Shown in pieces: positions 29,954-40,188 of a stretch of DNA of 64,000 nt (position 1 is its first letter; each line of letters starts with the position of its first letter). The stretch lies in sequence record PP400785. One strand, given 5' to 3'. Made by a program: the position numbers and the translations under genes. Under the pieces are notes generated by a model. It was not told the DNA's origin, did not search any database, and saw only the letters and a program-made list of their open reading frames with translations. The stretch comes from Escherichia phage FL08.

Positions 29954-30554
29954 GGTGTCTTTTCCATCCTAATTTAGCTGCTTTTGAAACCAGTTCTTTA
30001 ATTTTTCCTTTTGTCCATTCAGGACCAGGAGGTTCATGACATAACATTTGCTTAACTCCGTTATTATACCATTTTTTACCTTTATTATGTGATGAAGCTT
30101 TAAATTTATTTGACCTTCCTTTTACATAACCTTCTGGAATATAAGGCAAAAAGGCAGATTTTCCTGTTAATGGATCATGTGAATGTATATTTCCTTTACA
30201 ATTATGAGAACCATATAATGGATGATTTTGTCCTTTATTATCTCTTCCAAACGAACCTTTTGGAGCAGCATATGACATATTAAAGAATAATGGATTTTTA
30301 ACTGCATCATGCAATCGTTGATAATATAACTCGCATTTAATAGCTTCTTCACGCGTATCAAATTCAGCTAAAATGCATGAATCAAATAAGTGAGGATTAT
30401 CTGAAAGCTCTTTATTATAAATTTTCTTATACTTTTTAGATAAAACTGAACCATGATATCCAGCTAAATGCCTATCTAAAGACGTAGATCCAATATAAAA
30501 AGGAGGAAGTTTATCTCCACTATATATTGTTAAATAAGTTATATATTTTTTCAT
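29931..30554 (-). CDS. GIY-YIG homing endonuclease (Seg-like)
   Basis: N-terminal YITYLTIY...FYIGST GIY-YIG motif; C-terminal NUMOD-like GxxHPLYG repeats; inserted between 47 and a-gt. Confidence 0.65.
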   Translation of the reverse strand: MKKYITYLTIYSGDKLPPFYIGSTSLDRHLAGYHGSVLSKKYKKIYNKELSDNPHLFDSCILAEFDTREEAIKCELYYQRLHDAVKNPLFFNMSYAAPKGSFGRDNKGQNHPLYGSHNCKGNIHSHDPLTGKSAFLPYIPEGYVKGRSNKFKASSHNKGKKWYNNGVKQMLCHEPPGPEWTKGKIKELVSKAAKLGWKRHHENTKLG

Positions 30555-30716
30555 ATATCAAGAACCGTCATTGAAATGCAAAATAAAATTATTGAAATAA
30601 ATCCATCTGGAGTGCTAAAGAACCCAATCCAACATGCTCTAGTGAATAGATAAAATGCAAGAAAAAGTATCACATATCCAAGAAATATCATTATATCAAA
30701 CTCCGTATAAAGCTAA

Positions 30717-30730
30717 AGGGCCGAAGCCCT
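30717..30730 (-). terminator. UUCG-tetraloop hairpin immediately downstream of a-gt
   Basis: agggccgaagccct adjacent to a-gt stop codon. Confidence 0.5.
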
Positions 30731-31933
30731 TTATTTTGTAATAATGTCAAACTGTTCTTTAAAGCAGAAGCTTGAATCTTGATGTTGATACAAAAATTCA
30801 TACGCTTTTTCTCGCTCACGGTCATAAAGAGCTCGGTCAGATGACAGTTCTTTAATACGTTCAAATGTTGATTCCATATCATTTTCATCAAACCAAATGA
30901 TACCACTATCATGCGAGGTCAAAGGAGTATTATCAACACGGAATTTTAAATTTTCGCCAGTAGATTTCCAAAATACCGGAATTGTTCCACATGCACCAAG
31001 CTCGAGGTGAGTATATTCTAAAGAACGTTGTAGATATTTTTTATCCAACTTACTCAACTGATAACCAAATCCGGATTTACTCATGCGTTCAAGCATTTCG
31101 CTATTTACATAACGGTCGAGAATTTGCGTCGGCAAATTAGGAGCAATTTTAATTTGGTCTACTTGATGAAGACGATAATACTCGTATGGAATTCCTTTTT
31201 CTTTAATAGGAATGAACGCTGGAGAACGTTCCAGACCTTCCATAATAGTACTTAGTCCTGCAGGTTTAAGATGTTTTTCGTGAAAATCAAACATCTGATA
31301 AAAACCTTTCCATGTAGTCGTACGACCAATCCAACGGTTGATATTCATGTTAATTTCAGAAACATCTTTCCAGTAGGTTGATCGAACCTTCGCAATATCC
31401 ATAGGAGGCTGAAAGTTGTATACGGTCGGTGCTTCTTCAATATCATCAAACAGAGAAACTGTTTCTGGATACCATTCTTTCATCAGAACTTTATTAAAAT
31501 CGCCATTATCAGAATGACTAAAAATAACATCAGCTCGACGAACAGTTTCTTCTAATCCCAAATTTCGACGCAAAGAAAGAGAAGAATGGTCATGCTGATA
31601 AACTACAACACGAACCGAAGGTTTAATGTTATCAATAATTTTTTTATAGTTATTAATAGTGTCTTCTTCAACTGAAGTAGCAGGAACTGAATTGATAATT
31701 AGAATATCACAATCATTTACCAGCTTAAGTGTTTTATCGTATTCTTTTGCCAATAAAACCGGAATTGAAAATGATTTATAATCATGTGCACAGTTACGAG
31801 TAAATGATTTATCTTTAGCATAAACCAAAGTTACTTCATGACCATTTTTAATAAACCAATCACGCTGCTCAAGAGAAAATTTAGTTACACCACAACCTTC
31901 AAGACCTCGAGCCATAAAAATACATACTTTCAT
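30731..31933 (-). CDS. agt: DNA alpha-glucosyltransferase
   Basis: 400 aa; N-terminus ICIFMARGLEGCGVTKFSLEQRDWFIKNGHEVTLVYAKDKSF recognisable as T4 a-gt. Confidence 0.9.
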   Translation of the reverse strand: MKVCIFMARGLEGCGVTKFSLEQRDWFIKNGHEVTLVYAKDKSFTRNCAHDYKSFSIPVLLAKEYDKTLKLVNDCDILIINSVPATSVEEDTINNYKKIIDNIKPSVRVVVYQHDHSSLSLRRNLGLEETVRRADVIFSHSDNGDFNKVLMKEWYPETVSLFDDIEEAPTVYNFQPPMDIAKVRSTYWKDVSEINMNINRWIGRTTTWKGFYQMFDFHEKHLKPAGLSTIMEGLERSPAFIPIKEKGIPYEYYRLHQVDQIKIAPNLPTQILDRYVNSEMLERMSKSGFGYQLSKLDKKYLQRSLEYTHLELGACGTIPVFWKSTGENLKFRVDNTPLTSHDSGIIWFDENDMESTFERIKELSSDRALYDREREKAYEFLYQHQDSSFCFKEQFDIITK

Positions 31934-31983
31934 TTAATATCCTCTTTGTTTTGGTTTATTTTACCAAAAATTTATAAAGCAAT

Positions 31984-32003
31984 ATAGGAGCCGAAGCTCC
32001 TAT
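31984..32003 (-). terminator. hairpin upstream of a-gt (terminator of 55.x transcripts)
   Basis: ataggagccgaagctcctat inverted repeat. Confidence 0.45.
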
Positions 32004-32176
32004 CCGCATAATACGCCATACAAAGGCTCATTAGAACTTCTAAATTTTATGCGCTTATATGTTATAGTTCCTTCTGCTTTAGCTTTATCATGAGACTCTT
32101 TAAAACGTCTCATCATTTCCTCTTTAGAGGAACGAATTTTATTATAATCTATTTCAGAAGTCTGGGTGTTCATCTT

Positions 32177-32383
32177 TCATAACTGCCACCATTTTTTAAC
32201 TTGATAAGAATCAACCCACACTTTCATATTAGGGTCTGCTCTTACAATAGGAGGATTAACTTCTTTAATTGAACTATCATGGTATTCTTTTTCAGAAATT
32301 TTCACACAAAGATGACCATTCAAAGATTCAGTAAATCCTGCATTAATTTTAAGACGCTTGAATTTTACGTGTGTAAGCATCAA
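32177..32383 (-). CDS. hypothetical protein (68 aa)
   Basis: small ORF between a-gt and 55. Confidence 0.35.
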   Translation of the reverse strand: MMLTHVKFKRLKINAGFTESLNGHLCVKISEKEYHDSSIKEVNPPIVRADPNMKVWVDSYQVKKWWQL

Positions 32384-32666
32384 TCATATCCTCAATCTGC
32401 GATCTAGTAGTCTTCCAAAGAATACTGATGAGTTCATCGTTATATGGCTGTTTTAGAATATCCCGACTTTTCTTGATAGCATATTCGTATTGAGCAAAAT
32501 TATTATTTTCAGCTGCAATCTGAGCGTGCTTATAAAGACGATTCAGTTCGCGTTTGTTTTTAGACAATAACTTATTTGCTTTTCTTTCTGCTTCAAGACG
32601 GTTCTTTTCTTCAATAGAAGAAATAAGCTTTTCCACTTCATCATTAATTTCGGGTTTATCAGTCAT
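32349..32666 (-). CDS. hypothetical protein (105 aa)
   Basis: ORF between a-gt and 55. Confidence 0.4.
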   Translation of the reverse strand: MTDKPEINDEVEKLISSIEEKNRLEAERKANKLLSKNKRELNRLYKHAQIAAENNNFAQYEYAIKKSRDILKQPYNDELISILWKTTRSQIEDMIDAYTRKIQAS

Positions 32667-32667
32667 A

Positions 32668-32886
32668 TTATTTCTCTAATATAAAATAAAAATCATCATC
32701 TGTTAAATGATACCGATAGTTTAATTCTACACCATTAGATTTAAAAGCGGTATCATACGGATTTTCTGGATCAATATCAATGTCAAGAGCTAAAACTTCC
32801 CTGAGATACATTTTAAGTAAATAGGGAATAGCTTCAACTTCAGGTATTTCTTCCAAGAATCCGGAGAGGTTAATCGTTAGCCTCAT
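32668..32886 (-). CDS. hypothetical protein (72 aa)
   Basis: ORF immediately downstream of 55. Confidence 0.4.
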   Translation of the reverse strand: MRLTINLSGFLEEIPEVEAIPYLLKMYLREVLALDIDIDPENPYDTAFKSNGVELNYRYHLTDDDFYFILEK

Positions 32887-33433
32887 ATAAAAAATCCAAA
32901 CTAGGAGAATCGTCTACAACACTTTTCTTTTCAGCCCCCGGTGTTCTATAGGTTGATTCTTCGTAATGCGTCATTTTATCATAGATGTCTTGAATAAAAG
33001 TTTCATCTATTAACGCAACCATATCGTCGTCACGACTGTCATAGACATTGTGAACGAAGTAACTATATTTCTTTGCAACTTCCTTACGTTCTTTTTTAAT
33101 ACGTTGGACGAATGCATTAAAACAAGCTTGAGTTATATACGCATGTGGGTTTTTATATTTCGTTTCGTCAAAATTGTGAAGCCCCTTAATAGAAGCTTCT
33201 ATACCATCTGCAATCATTTCTTGTTTCCAAGACTGGGTGTATCCTGAAAAGTTGAAACGTTTAGATAAGCCTTCTGCAATAAGCATAATGGCTAATCCGA
33301 TAGTATCATTCTGACGAACTACTTTATTTGGGTCTTTATTATTTGCTAATTCTGTTTTCCAATCAATAATAGCCTGTAAAAGCTCTTTATTGTTTACGTA
33401 ATTATATTTAGGCTTAGTTTCTGACATTTTCAC
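32870..33433 (-). CDS. 55: late-transcription sigma factor gp55
   Basis: 187 aa; sequence recognisable as T4 gp55 (T4 size 185 aa). Confidence 0.85.
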   Translation of the reverse strand: MKMSETKPKYNYVNNKELLQAIIDWKTELANNKDPNKVVRQNDTIGLAIMLIAEGLSKRFNFSGYTQSWKQEMIADGIEASIKGLHNFDETKYKNPHAYITQACFNAFVQRIKKERKEVAKKYSYFVHNVYDSRDDDMVALIDETFIQDIYDKMTHYEESTYRTPGAEKKSVVDDSPSLDFLYEAND

Positions 33434-33505
33434 CTCTTAGCTCAATTCATAGATCTATTATATCATAATATTTGAAGATCTATCTTAAAGCATAGAGGAT
33501 ATCAG

Positions 33506-33775
33506 TTATCTAAGTAAGCAGTATGCTTGGAACACTTTCTCCATCATCTTTTTAAATTCATGAATATCTATATAATGACTAGTTAGATCAGCATGATATA
33601 AAAAGTCTAAAAACTTTTCATGTGTACTAACATATTCACTTTCATTTAATTCAGAAACATGGCTTTCCCAATATCCAACACCAGTCTTATTTGGGAAAAA
33701 TGAAATTTTCATGTATTGGTCAACATAGAAAATGCCATAATTTTCAATAGTAATAGAAATATTAATAAATTTCAT
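33506..33775 (-). CDS. hypothetical protein (89 aa)
   Basis: ORF upstream of 55. Confidence 0.4.
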   Translation of the reverse strand: MKFINISITIENYGIFYVDQYMKISFFPNKTGVGYWESHVSELNESEYVSTHEKFLDFLYHADLTSHYIDIHEFKKMMEKVFQAYCLLR

Positions 33776-33993
33776 ACATTCATCAATTTAGCCGCTTCAA
33801 GAGCTGCATCTAGTGAATCAAATTGGTCAACATATTCAATTAATTCGCCGTAATTAGCGTATAACCACCATTGGCTAAATTCATACTCAAGGATGAATCC
33901 GTTTCCTTCAATTTGAGTTAAACCAATGCCATTTGTATTTACTTCATATCCGGCAAGACGCAAATCGTTAATAAGAGCTTCGTTCATATTCAT
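33772..33993 (-). CDS. hypothetical protein (73 aa)
   Basis: ORF, 4-nt overlap coupling. Confidence 0.4.
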   Translation of the reverse strand: MNMNEALINDLRLAGYEVNTNGIGLTQIEGNGFILEYEFSQWWLYANYGELIEYVDQFDSLDAALEAAKLMNV

Positions 33994-34316
33994 ACCTTAG
34001 TAATTTTCAGGTCTGCAAATTTTTTCTTGCGTTGATTTTTCATACGACGAATAGTTTTATCAGAAATTTCATGCTTTTGATAAGCTTTAGATTCTACACC
34101 AAAAGCTTTAACATCAAATTCTGACAAGATATATTGAACCAACAATTCACGGACAGTATTGCGTCCAATCTTCTGATCATTCTGTTTCATCGTCTGATGA
34201 AGCTCTTTTTCCCATTTATCCAAAATTTGAGGAGTTACAATATCGCCTTTTTCTAGCAAAGAAACTACTTTATCATATGCATAAGAATTGATGGCGTTTT
34301 TAATTTGAATAGTCAT
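33990..34316 (-). CDS. hypothetical protein (108 aa)
   Basis: ORF, basic C-terminus. Confidence 0.4.
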   Translation of the reverse strand: MTIQIKNAINSYAYDKVVSLLEKGDIVTPQILDKWEKELHQTMKQNDQKIGRNTVRELLVQYILSEFDVKAFGVESKAYQKHEISDKTIRRMKNQRKKKFADLKITKV

Positions 34317-34356
34317 ACATTATCCTCAATTACGTTAAAATTTTATTATCCAAAAA

Positions 34357-34370
34357 AGGGCCGAAGCCCT
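34357..34370 (-). terminator. UUCG-tetraloop terminator hairpin
   Basis: agggccgaagccct followed by UUUUUU on minus transcript. Confidence 0.55.
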
Positions 34371-34570
34371 TAGCTAAACTTTTTGGCACCCTTCCAGCCT
34401 TCGTACATCATTGCGACTGACAATGACAAAGCTCCTTCACATGCTGCATACTTATTATTCCAGAACCAATTTAGAAAAACTTCATCCTCAATACCATTGT
34501 GTTTCATGTTCTGGAAAAATTTGGCGCGTTCTTCGGCAATTCGCTGTGATAATTTAGATTCAGGATTCAT
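34370..34570 (-). CDS. hypothetical protein (66 aa)
   Basis: small ORF. Confidence 0.4.
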   Translation of the reverse strand: MNPESKLSQRIAEERAKFFQNMKHNGIEDEVFLNWFWNNKYAACEGALSLSVAMMYEGWKGAKKFS

Positions 34571-34705
34571 TTAAATTTCCCACCAATTGCCATTTTCATC
34601 AATAAATTTAATCCAGTCATTTACTGACCACTTGGTCGTATCGCCTTTTGGAGTAACATTTAAAGTATATAGTCCTTGCTTAAAAAGCATTCGTTTGATA
34701 TTCAT
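34571..34705 (-). CDS. hypothetical small protein (44 aa)
   Basis: start trimmed to internal ATG just downstream of upstream ORF stop. Confidence 0.3.
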   Translation of the reverse strand: MNIKRMLFKQGLYTLNVTPKGDTTKWSVNDWIKFIDENGNWWEI

Positions 34706-34712
34706 ATTTTCC

Positions 34713-35006
34713 TCAGCTGTAACGATAACACTCGTTTGATTTACGTTTAGCAACTCGTTGAGAAGTATTATAATCAAAATCATCGTCAATGTAAACTGAT
34801 TTTTTCAACTTTCTTACTTCACCGCGTAATTGACGATTTAACTCATCTTTAACTTCTGAATCAATACCTTTCATTCTACGCCATTTATCTGAGCGAAAAA
34901 TGTTTTCAACCATATCTTTATGACTTACACCATCAGGAGCTTTACGTTTTCCGAAATAGTCATAATCACGCACTTTTAAGTCTTTACGACGATACGTTTT
35001 ACCCAT
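34713..35006 (-). CDS. hypothetical basic protein (97 aa)
   Basis: start trimmed to MGKTYRR ATG preceded by AAGGAA. Confidence 0.4.
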   Translation of the reverse strand: MGKTYRRKDLKVRDYDYFGKRKAPDGVSHKDMVENIFRSDKWRRMKGIDSEVKDELNRQLRGEVRKLKKSVYIDDDFDYNTSQRVAKRKSNECYRYS

Positions 35007-35189
35007 GGAGTTTAATTTCCTTAGCAACTGAACTAAATACAGCACGATCGCAAATCATCTGTTTATTCCATTTAAGTACAGTATAATGAACATCTAGATC
35101 ATCTACTGCTGTAACAATAACAATATGTCCGTTAACACGATAATACTGATCTCTTTTAATCTCTTTATCAACCATATCAAATCCTCAAA

Positions 35190-35255
35190 GGTAATTCATA
35201 TGTTAATAATACCACAGTTTGAACTTCTTGTAAACAACTTTGTGAAAATTATTTT
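35190..35255 (-). promoter_or_regulatory. early promoter (GTTTAC -35 with upstream A/T tract)
   Basis: minus strand aaaataattttcacaaagttGTTTACaag ... tattatta. Confidence 0.5.
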
Positions 35256-35315
35256 AGGGAATGATAAGAAGGGAACGATAGTTAGAATGGTAATATACAG
35301 AATGTGAGAAAGAAA

Positions 35316-35328
35316 GGCCCAGAGGGCC
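35316..35328 (-). terminator. hairpin downstream of nrdH
   Basis: ggccc-aga-gggcc inverted repeat just after nrdH stop. Confidence 0.45.
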
Positions 35329-35332
35329 CATC

Positions 35333-35641
35333 TTAGTCTTCTATGATATCTCTATCATATCCAAGTGAAATGAGAGTTTCTTTGAAGTGTTTAATGTTCT
35401 TTTGTCTAGAATCATTGATGAAAATGACTGGATAACGAATGTTAAGAGATGTGAATCCAGCTCGTTTAGCAAGAGATACAATCAGTGGACGATCATACTC
35501 AATCTTACCATTATTTGTAAGAACTTTATAGAAAGTAAAAGGAGCATTGAGCTCCTTTAGAAGTTTTGTAACTGATTGACATCCAGGACAACGACCTACT
35601 TCATCTGGAATTCCATAGACTTCAATCTTATTTTGTTTCAC
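35333..35641 (-). CDS. nrdH: glutaredoxin-like protein NrdH
   Basis: 102 aa; CPGC redox motif; position next to nrdG/nrdD. Confidence 0.7.
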   Translation of the reverse strand: MKQNKIEVYGIPDEVGRCPGCQSVTKLLKELNAPFTFYKVLTNNGKIEYDRPLIVSLAKRAGFTSLNIRYPVIFINDSRQKNIKHFKETLISLGYDRDIIED

Positions 35642-35643
35642 AA

Positions 35644-35856
35644 CTATTCCTTACTAAGAGCAGAATTCAGCTTGTTAGTAATTTTATCCAGACGCTCATT
35701 AAACTCACTAGAAGATAAGCCCTTTTCTGGAGAAATCAAACTAATCACGAAAAATATAGCAATAAAAGGAATAAGGAAAATAGCTCCAACTGCCATAAAC
35801 AGAAAGAATGTTACAGTTGTAAGAAAATCAGCTAAACCTTTACGAAATTTATACAT
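35644..35856 (-). CDS. small membrane protein (70 aa)
   Basis: single long hydrophobic segment. Confidence 0.4.
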   Translation of the reverse strand: MYKFRKGLADFLTTVTFFLFMAVGAIFLIPFIAIFFVISLISPEKGLSSSEFNERLDKITNKLNSALSKE

Positions 35857-35971
35857 ATTTTACCCTTAATTGATTAACCAAGCATTGATAAGCACTAAAC
35901 TATACTGCGAATAAAATTCTGGACCAAAATGAAAAATCATATCATTTATAGTATCCATAATGTAATTCAAT

Positions 35972-36442
35972 TTAATCATGTTTCCACACCCAATCGGTAT
36001 TTGACCAAAGTCGCTGATTATTTGATCCTCGCCACAGCTTTTTAGTCGGAAGATTTTTCTCATACTTCCCATCAATAATAACATCAACATATTTAAGCAT
36101 TTCTAGTTGTTTAATATCTTCAAACTTATATCCTGTCCACAACCAAATGCTTTTATTGGGATAAAGATTTTTTACTGTTTGAACAATGCAATGAATAACA
36201 TCTCGGTTATCAGGATAGAGAGGGTCTCCTCCAGTTATAGTTAATCCTTCTATATAATCATTATTCAAACATTCAATTAATTGTTCTAGTGTTTCGCCAG
36301 TGAATGGAATACCATTTCTAGCATTCCATGTTGATTTATTATAACACCCTTCACATTTATGCAAACAACCTGTAACGAAAAGAACGACCCTGCAACCAGG
36401 GCCATTCACAAAATCGCAAGGATAAAATCTATCATAATTCAT
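35972..36442 (-). CDS. nrdG: anaerobic ribonucleotide reductase activase NrdG (radical SAM)
   Basis: 156 aa; CLHKCEGC CxxxCxxC radical-SAM cluster motif. Confidence 0.85.
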   Translation of the reverse strand: MNYDRFYPCDFVNGPGCRVVLFVTGCLHKCEGCYNKSTWNARNGIPFTGETLEQLIECLNNDYIEGLTITGGDPLYPDNRDVIHCIVQTVKNLYPNKSIWLWTGYKFEDIKQLEMLKYVDVIIDGKYEKNLPTKKLWRGSNNQRLWSNTDWVWKHD

Positions 36443-38256
36443 TGGTGCTTAACCCTATGCATGATTTCTTTATTTTTACCGAGATTAAATCCGCGTTCGT
36501 TCGGATTTCCCAAATAACCACATGTTCTTCTTATTGTATTCATCTTTTTAGGATCAGTTTCTCCACAAATAGAACAAACAAATCCGTTTTCGGTAGGAGT
36601 CATTTCATGGGTACTTCCACATGTAAAACATTTATCTACTGGCATATTAACACCAAAATAATCTAAATGTTGCGCAGCATAATCCCATACAGCCTCAAGA
36701 CCCTTTAGGTTATTTTTCATATCAGGAAGTTCAACATAAGAAATGTGACCACCTGTCGCAATGAAATGATATGGCGCTTCACGAGAAATCTTTTCAAACG
36801 GAGTAATATTTTCTTCTACTGAAACATGGAAACTATTAGTGTACCAGCCTTTATCGGTAACATCTTTTACACTTCCATATTTTTCTGTATCAAGTTTACA
36901 GAAGCGGTAACAAAGGTTTTCAGCAGGAGTCGAATATAAACTAAAAGCAAATCCGGTTCTTTCAGTCCACTGTTTAAGATGAGCATTCATTTTAGTTAAA
37001 ATTTCTTGTCCAATATCACGACCGACAAGAATATTCAATTCGTGAATACCAATGTATCCTAAAGACACTGAACTTCTACCGTTTTTAAATAACTCAATTA
37101 TATCGTCATCGGGTTTAAGACGAACCCCGAATGCACCTTCTTGGTAAAGAATAGGAGCAACAGTAGCTTTAACTCCTTTTAAGGAACTAATTCTACACAT
37201 CAAAGCTTCAAAACACAAATCCATTCGCTCATTGAATAATTCAGTAAATTTCTGTTCATTGAATTGTGTTCCAATATAAGAATCTAACGCAATACGAGGA
37301 AGATTCAGTGTTACAACACCAAGATTATTACGTCCATCAAGAATTTCATTACCAGTCGAATCTTTCCATACGCTCAAGAAACTACGGCAACCCATTGGAG
37401 AAATAGGAACAGATGAACCAGTGATAGCTTTATTGTTCTTAGCTGAAATAATATCAGGATACATCCTTTTGCTTGCACACTCTAAAGCAAGCTGCTTAAT
37501 ATCATAGTTCGGATCGTCTTTATAAAGATTAACACCTTCTTCAACGAACATAACAAGTTTAGGGAAAATAGGAGTTATCCCGTCACGACCAAGACCTTTA
37601 ATACGATTTTTCAGAATTGCTTTCTGAATCATTCGTTCAGTCCAGTCAGTTCCCGTACCAAATGTAATTGTTACAAAAGGCGTTTGTCCGTTTGAACTAA
37701 AGAGAGTATTTACTTCATATTCATAAGCTTGGAATGCATCGTATACGTCTTTTTCTGTTTTAGATTGAGCATAATTCAACGCATCAGCGATTTGCCATTT
37801 TTCTGCATCCTCAATATGTTTTGCATAGGTGCGTTTAACATAAGGAGAAAGTACTTTATCTACATTCGCAAAAGTTGTTCCGCCATATTGATGGGAAGCA
37901 ACTTGCGCAGTAATTTGTGCCATAATTGCAGTAGCAACACCGATTGATTTAGGAGTTTCAATCTGTGCATTACCGAGCTTAAATCCGTTCTCAAGCATTC
38001 CTTTTAAATCTACTAAACAGCAATTAGTAAAAGGCAATGATATACTGTAATCTAAATCGTGAAAATGAATTAATCCGACATTATGAGCATTTACAATATG
38101 GCTCGGAAGAATACTACAAGCGATATGTTTAGAAACAATACCGGCCATTAAATCTCTTTTTGTTGGAAAGACACGAGAATCTTTGTTGGCATTTTCGGTA
38201 TTTAATTCTTTATCTTTATTTGAAATAAAATTTAAAACATCTTTCTCTAAAGACAT
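36439..38256 (-). CDS. nrdD: anaerobic ribonucleotide reductase NrdD (glycyl radical enzyme), uninterrupted
   Basis: 605 aa continuous ORF; C-terminal glycyl radical motif RRTCGYLG; C-terminal Cys4 zinc ribbon. Confidence 0.9.
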   Translation of the reverse strand: MSLEKDVLNFISNKDKELNTENANKDSRVFPTKRDLMAGIVSKHIACSILPSHIVNAHNVGLIHFHDLDYSISLPFTNCCLVDLKGMLENGFKLGNAQIETPKSIGVATAIMAQITAQVASHQYGGTTFANVDKVLSPYVKRTYAKHIEDAEKWQIADALNYAQSKTEKDVYDAFQAYEYEVNTLFSSNGQTPFVTITFGTGTDWTERMIQKAILKNRIKGLGRDGITPIFPKLVMFVEEGVNLYKDDPNYDIKQLALECASKRMYPDIISAKNNKAITGSSVPISPMGCRSFLSVWKDSTGNEILDGRNNLGVVTLNLPRIALDSYIGTQFNEQKFTELFNERMDLCFEALMCRISSLKGVKATVAPILYQEGAFGVRLKPDDDIIELFKNGRSSVSLGYIGIHELNILVGRDIGQEILTKMNAHLKQWTERTGFAFSLYSTPAENLCYRFCKLDTEKYGSVKDVTDKGWYTNSFHVSVEENITPFEKISREAPYHFIATGGHISYVELPDMKNNLKGLEAVWDYAAQHLDYFGVNMPVDKCFTCGSTHEMTPTENGFVCSICGETDPKKMNTIRRTCGYLGNPNERGFNLGKNKEIMHRVKHQ

Positions 38257-39068
38257 AATTCTAATTTATCCTTTTGAAATTCTTCGTCTAAATATGGGTT
38301 CCAACCCATTTTAAACCTTTTGATGAAATTATCAATTCTAAATTTCGGTAAATTTAACTCCGCAAAAATAGATGATTTACTTTTAAAATCTGGACCTAAA
38401 TAATCATATAAAATTTCTGCGTATTTTAACCATAATATATAAGTACCAGATTTAATTGCTCTAGGAGTTTTCCAAGGTTTTACGCCGTACATCGGATTTC
38501 CACTTCCTTTATGCCTGATAGAAGATGAAATTCCAATTTTAATTTTAGCTTCCTTTGTGTGCGAAAATCCATGATGTGGATTTTCTTTCCAGTATTTTTT
38601 AGAAGCTTCTGATATTTTCTTTCTGGCTAAATTAGTATGATGCTTTCCATAAAATCCATGATTTTTACCTTTATTACGATTTCTTTTAATCATGGTTATT
38701 GATTGCTTTTCTCTAGTTTCTTTAGAAGGAGAAACACCGTACGTTGTAAATTGACCATTAGCATATGCTAAATTAAAATACTCTTTATTCCATATATCTT
38801 TTTCTATATTCTTTTGAAATTCAGCTTCAATGCTAGTTATTTGTTCATCTCCGACTAATTGAAAATATAATATTTCAACTTTCGGTGTTTCTTTCAACAG
38901 AGCTTTTTGAAATTCGGAAGATGACGAAGACGAATAATAAAATTTACCATTTTTATCAATAATATTCGTTCCGTCAAAAGTGCAATTGGTTTTACTTCCA
39001 ATATAATAATATGGCGGGGTTTTAGCATTAATTCTACTAATAAATGATAGTTTATATACTACATTCAT
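38247..39068 (-). CDS. GIY-YIG homing endonuclease (Seg-like), free-standing upstream of nrdD
   Basis: N-terminal VYKLSFISRINAKTPPYYYIGSKTN GIY-YIG motif; NUMOD-like repeats (NHGFYGKHHT, GSGNPMYG). Confidence 0.65.
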   Translation of the reverse strand: MNVVYKLSFISRINAKTPPYYYIGSKTNCTFDGTNIIDKNGKFYYSSSSSSEFQKALLKETPKVEILYFQLVGDEQITSIEAEFQKNIEKDIWNKEYFNLAYANGQFTTYGVSPSKETREKQSITMIKRNRNKGKNHGFYGKHHTNLARKKISEASKKYWKENPHHGFSHTKEAKIKIGISSSIRHKGSGNPMYGVKPWKTPRAIKSGTYILWLKYAEILYDYLGPDFKSKSSIFAELNLPKFRIDNFIKRFKMGWNPYLDEEFQKDKLELCL

Positions 39069-39538
39069 TTTAAACTCTTTCTAAGCTGCTTCTTAAATGA
39101 AGCTATTAACTGTGTTTTGGTGTCAGATTCATTATATTCAAATCCTCTTTGAAGCATCTCGGCCATCATTTCCTCTTTTCCTAAACGAGAAAATTCCTTT
39201 GATTTATCTCCAACAAAGTTAGGGTGAATATTATTTTGGGTGTAATCGGATTTTAAGTAAGTAAGTAAATTTTCTAACCATTCAAGATAATCAACACCTT
39301 GTCCCTTTAAGCCAGAACGATTAAATTTATGCTTCATTTGACCTTCTGCGGCATTGCAGAGATTACAAAGCAATCCACGTACCTTTCCAGCTTTCGGTCC
39401 GTTTAATTCATGGTCATGGTCGAGGTGATTAGCTTGAACATCAGGATTTAGTTCTCGTTGGCAAATTAAGCATTTACCGTTTTGCGCATCATAAAATTTC
39501 TGTTTTTCTTCTTTATATAATTTGCCAGTCAATAACAT
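39065..39538 (-). CDS. 49: endonuclease VII (gp49), Holliday junction resolvase
   Basis: 157 aa (T4 gp49 size); CLICQ ... HLDHDHELNG ... CNLCN zinc/H-N-H-type motif. Confidence 0.85.
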   Translation of the reverse strand: MLLTGKLYKEEKQKFYDAQNGKCLICQRELNPDVQANHLDHDHELNGPKAGKVRGLLCNLCNAAEGQMKHKFNRSGLKGQGVDYLEWLENLLTYLKSDYTQNNIHPNFVGDKSKEFSRLGKEEMMAEMLQRGFEYNESDTKTQLIASFKKQLRKSLK

Positions 39539-39579
39539 AATAAACCCTTACCTTAAATAGATAAGGGTATTTATTATTT

Positions 39580-40083
39580 TCAAGTATTGTAAAACATTTG
39601 ATGCAATCGCTTATATTGCCGAATCTTTTGGTCAGAAAAAGAAATTTGATTTTCAAGCCATTCAATGTATTCTGCGGCAGCTTGCATCAGGTTACCTTCA
39701 TAGCCATCGTTATTTTCTTGTGCAGCTAATTTAGCTAATGCGTATGAAATACGTTCACCTTGAAAATCGGCTTTAGGCTTCTGAACAACTTGATTAGTTC
39801 GCTCTACAACTTCTTCAATTTCGCCATTTTCGACTGATTCAGTATTCCACAAGCACCAATACGTAATTGGCTTATCGTAGATGTTAATAATTTTTCCATC
39901 AGAAAGTTCAATTTCAATAATTCCAGTGTCAGGCTCTATATCATCTTCACATTCTTTTGCAAGTTCACGAACTTTAAAGACAGTACCTGCACTAAGTTCC
40001 GGCCAGTAATTACACAACCCTGTATCAGCACGATTAATTCTAAACCACTTATCTACTGTAATCATGTCCCATCTCCATATCAA
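39580..40083 (-). CDS. hypothetical protein (pin position)
   Basis: 167-aa ORF upstream of 49 where T4 encodes Pin; identity not verified. Confidence 0.4.
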   Translation of the reverse strand: MIWRWDMITVDKWFRINRADTGLCNYWPELSAGTVFKVRELAKECEDDIEPDTGIIEIELSDGKIINIYDKPITYWCLWNTESVENGEIEEVVERTNQVVQKPKADFQGERISYALAKLAAQENNDGYEGNLMQAAAEYIEWLENQISFSDQKIRQYKRLHQMFYNT

Positions 40084-40188
40084 TTAAGTCATTTATCGTT
40101 GGTTCATTATATACTGTTTCTTCATCAGTGTAAACCGGTTCTTCCGGCTCTGGCTCTACAGTTTCCCATCTAGCCGCCCACCAAGGTT

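Noticed and set aside
30691-30912. 73-aa minus-strand ORF overlapping the 3' end of a-gt
   Set aside because: Alternative frame of a-gt; the a-gt frame matches the known protein to its C-terminus.
36439-38256. Group I intron in nrdD as in T4
   Set aside because: The reading frame is continuous for 605 codons from start to the glycyl-radical C-terminus, with no room for an intron.
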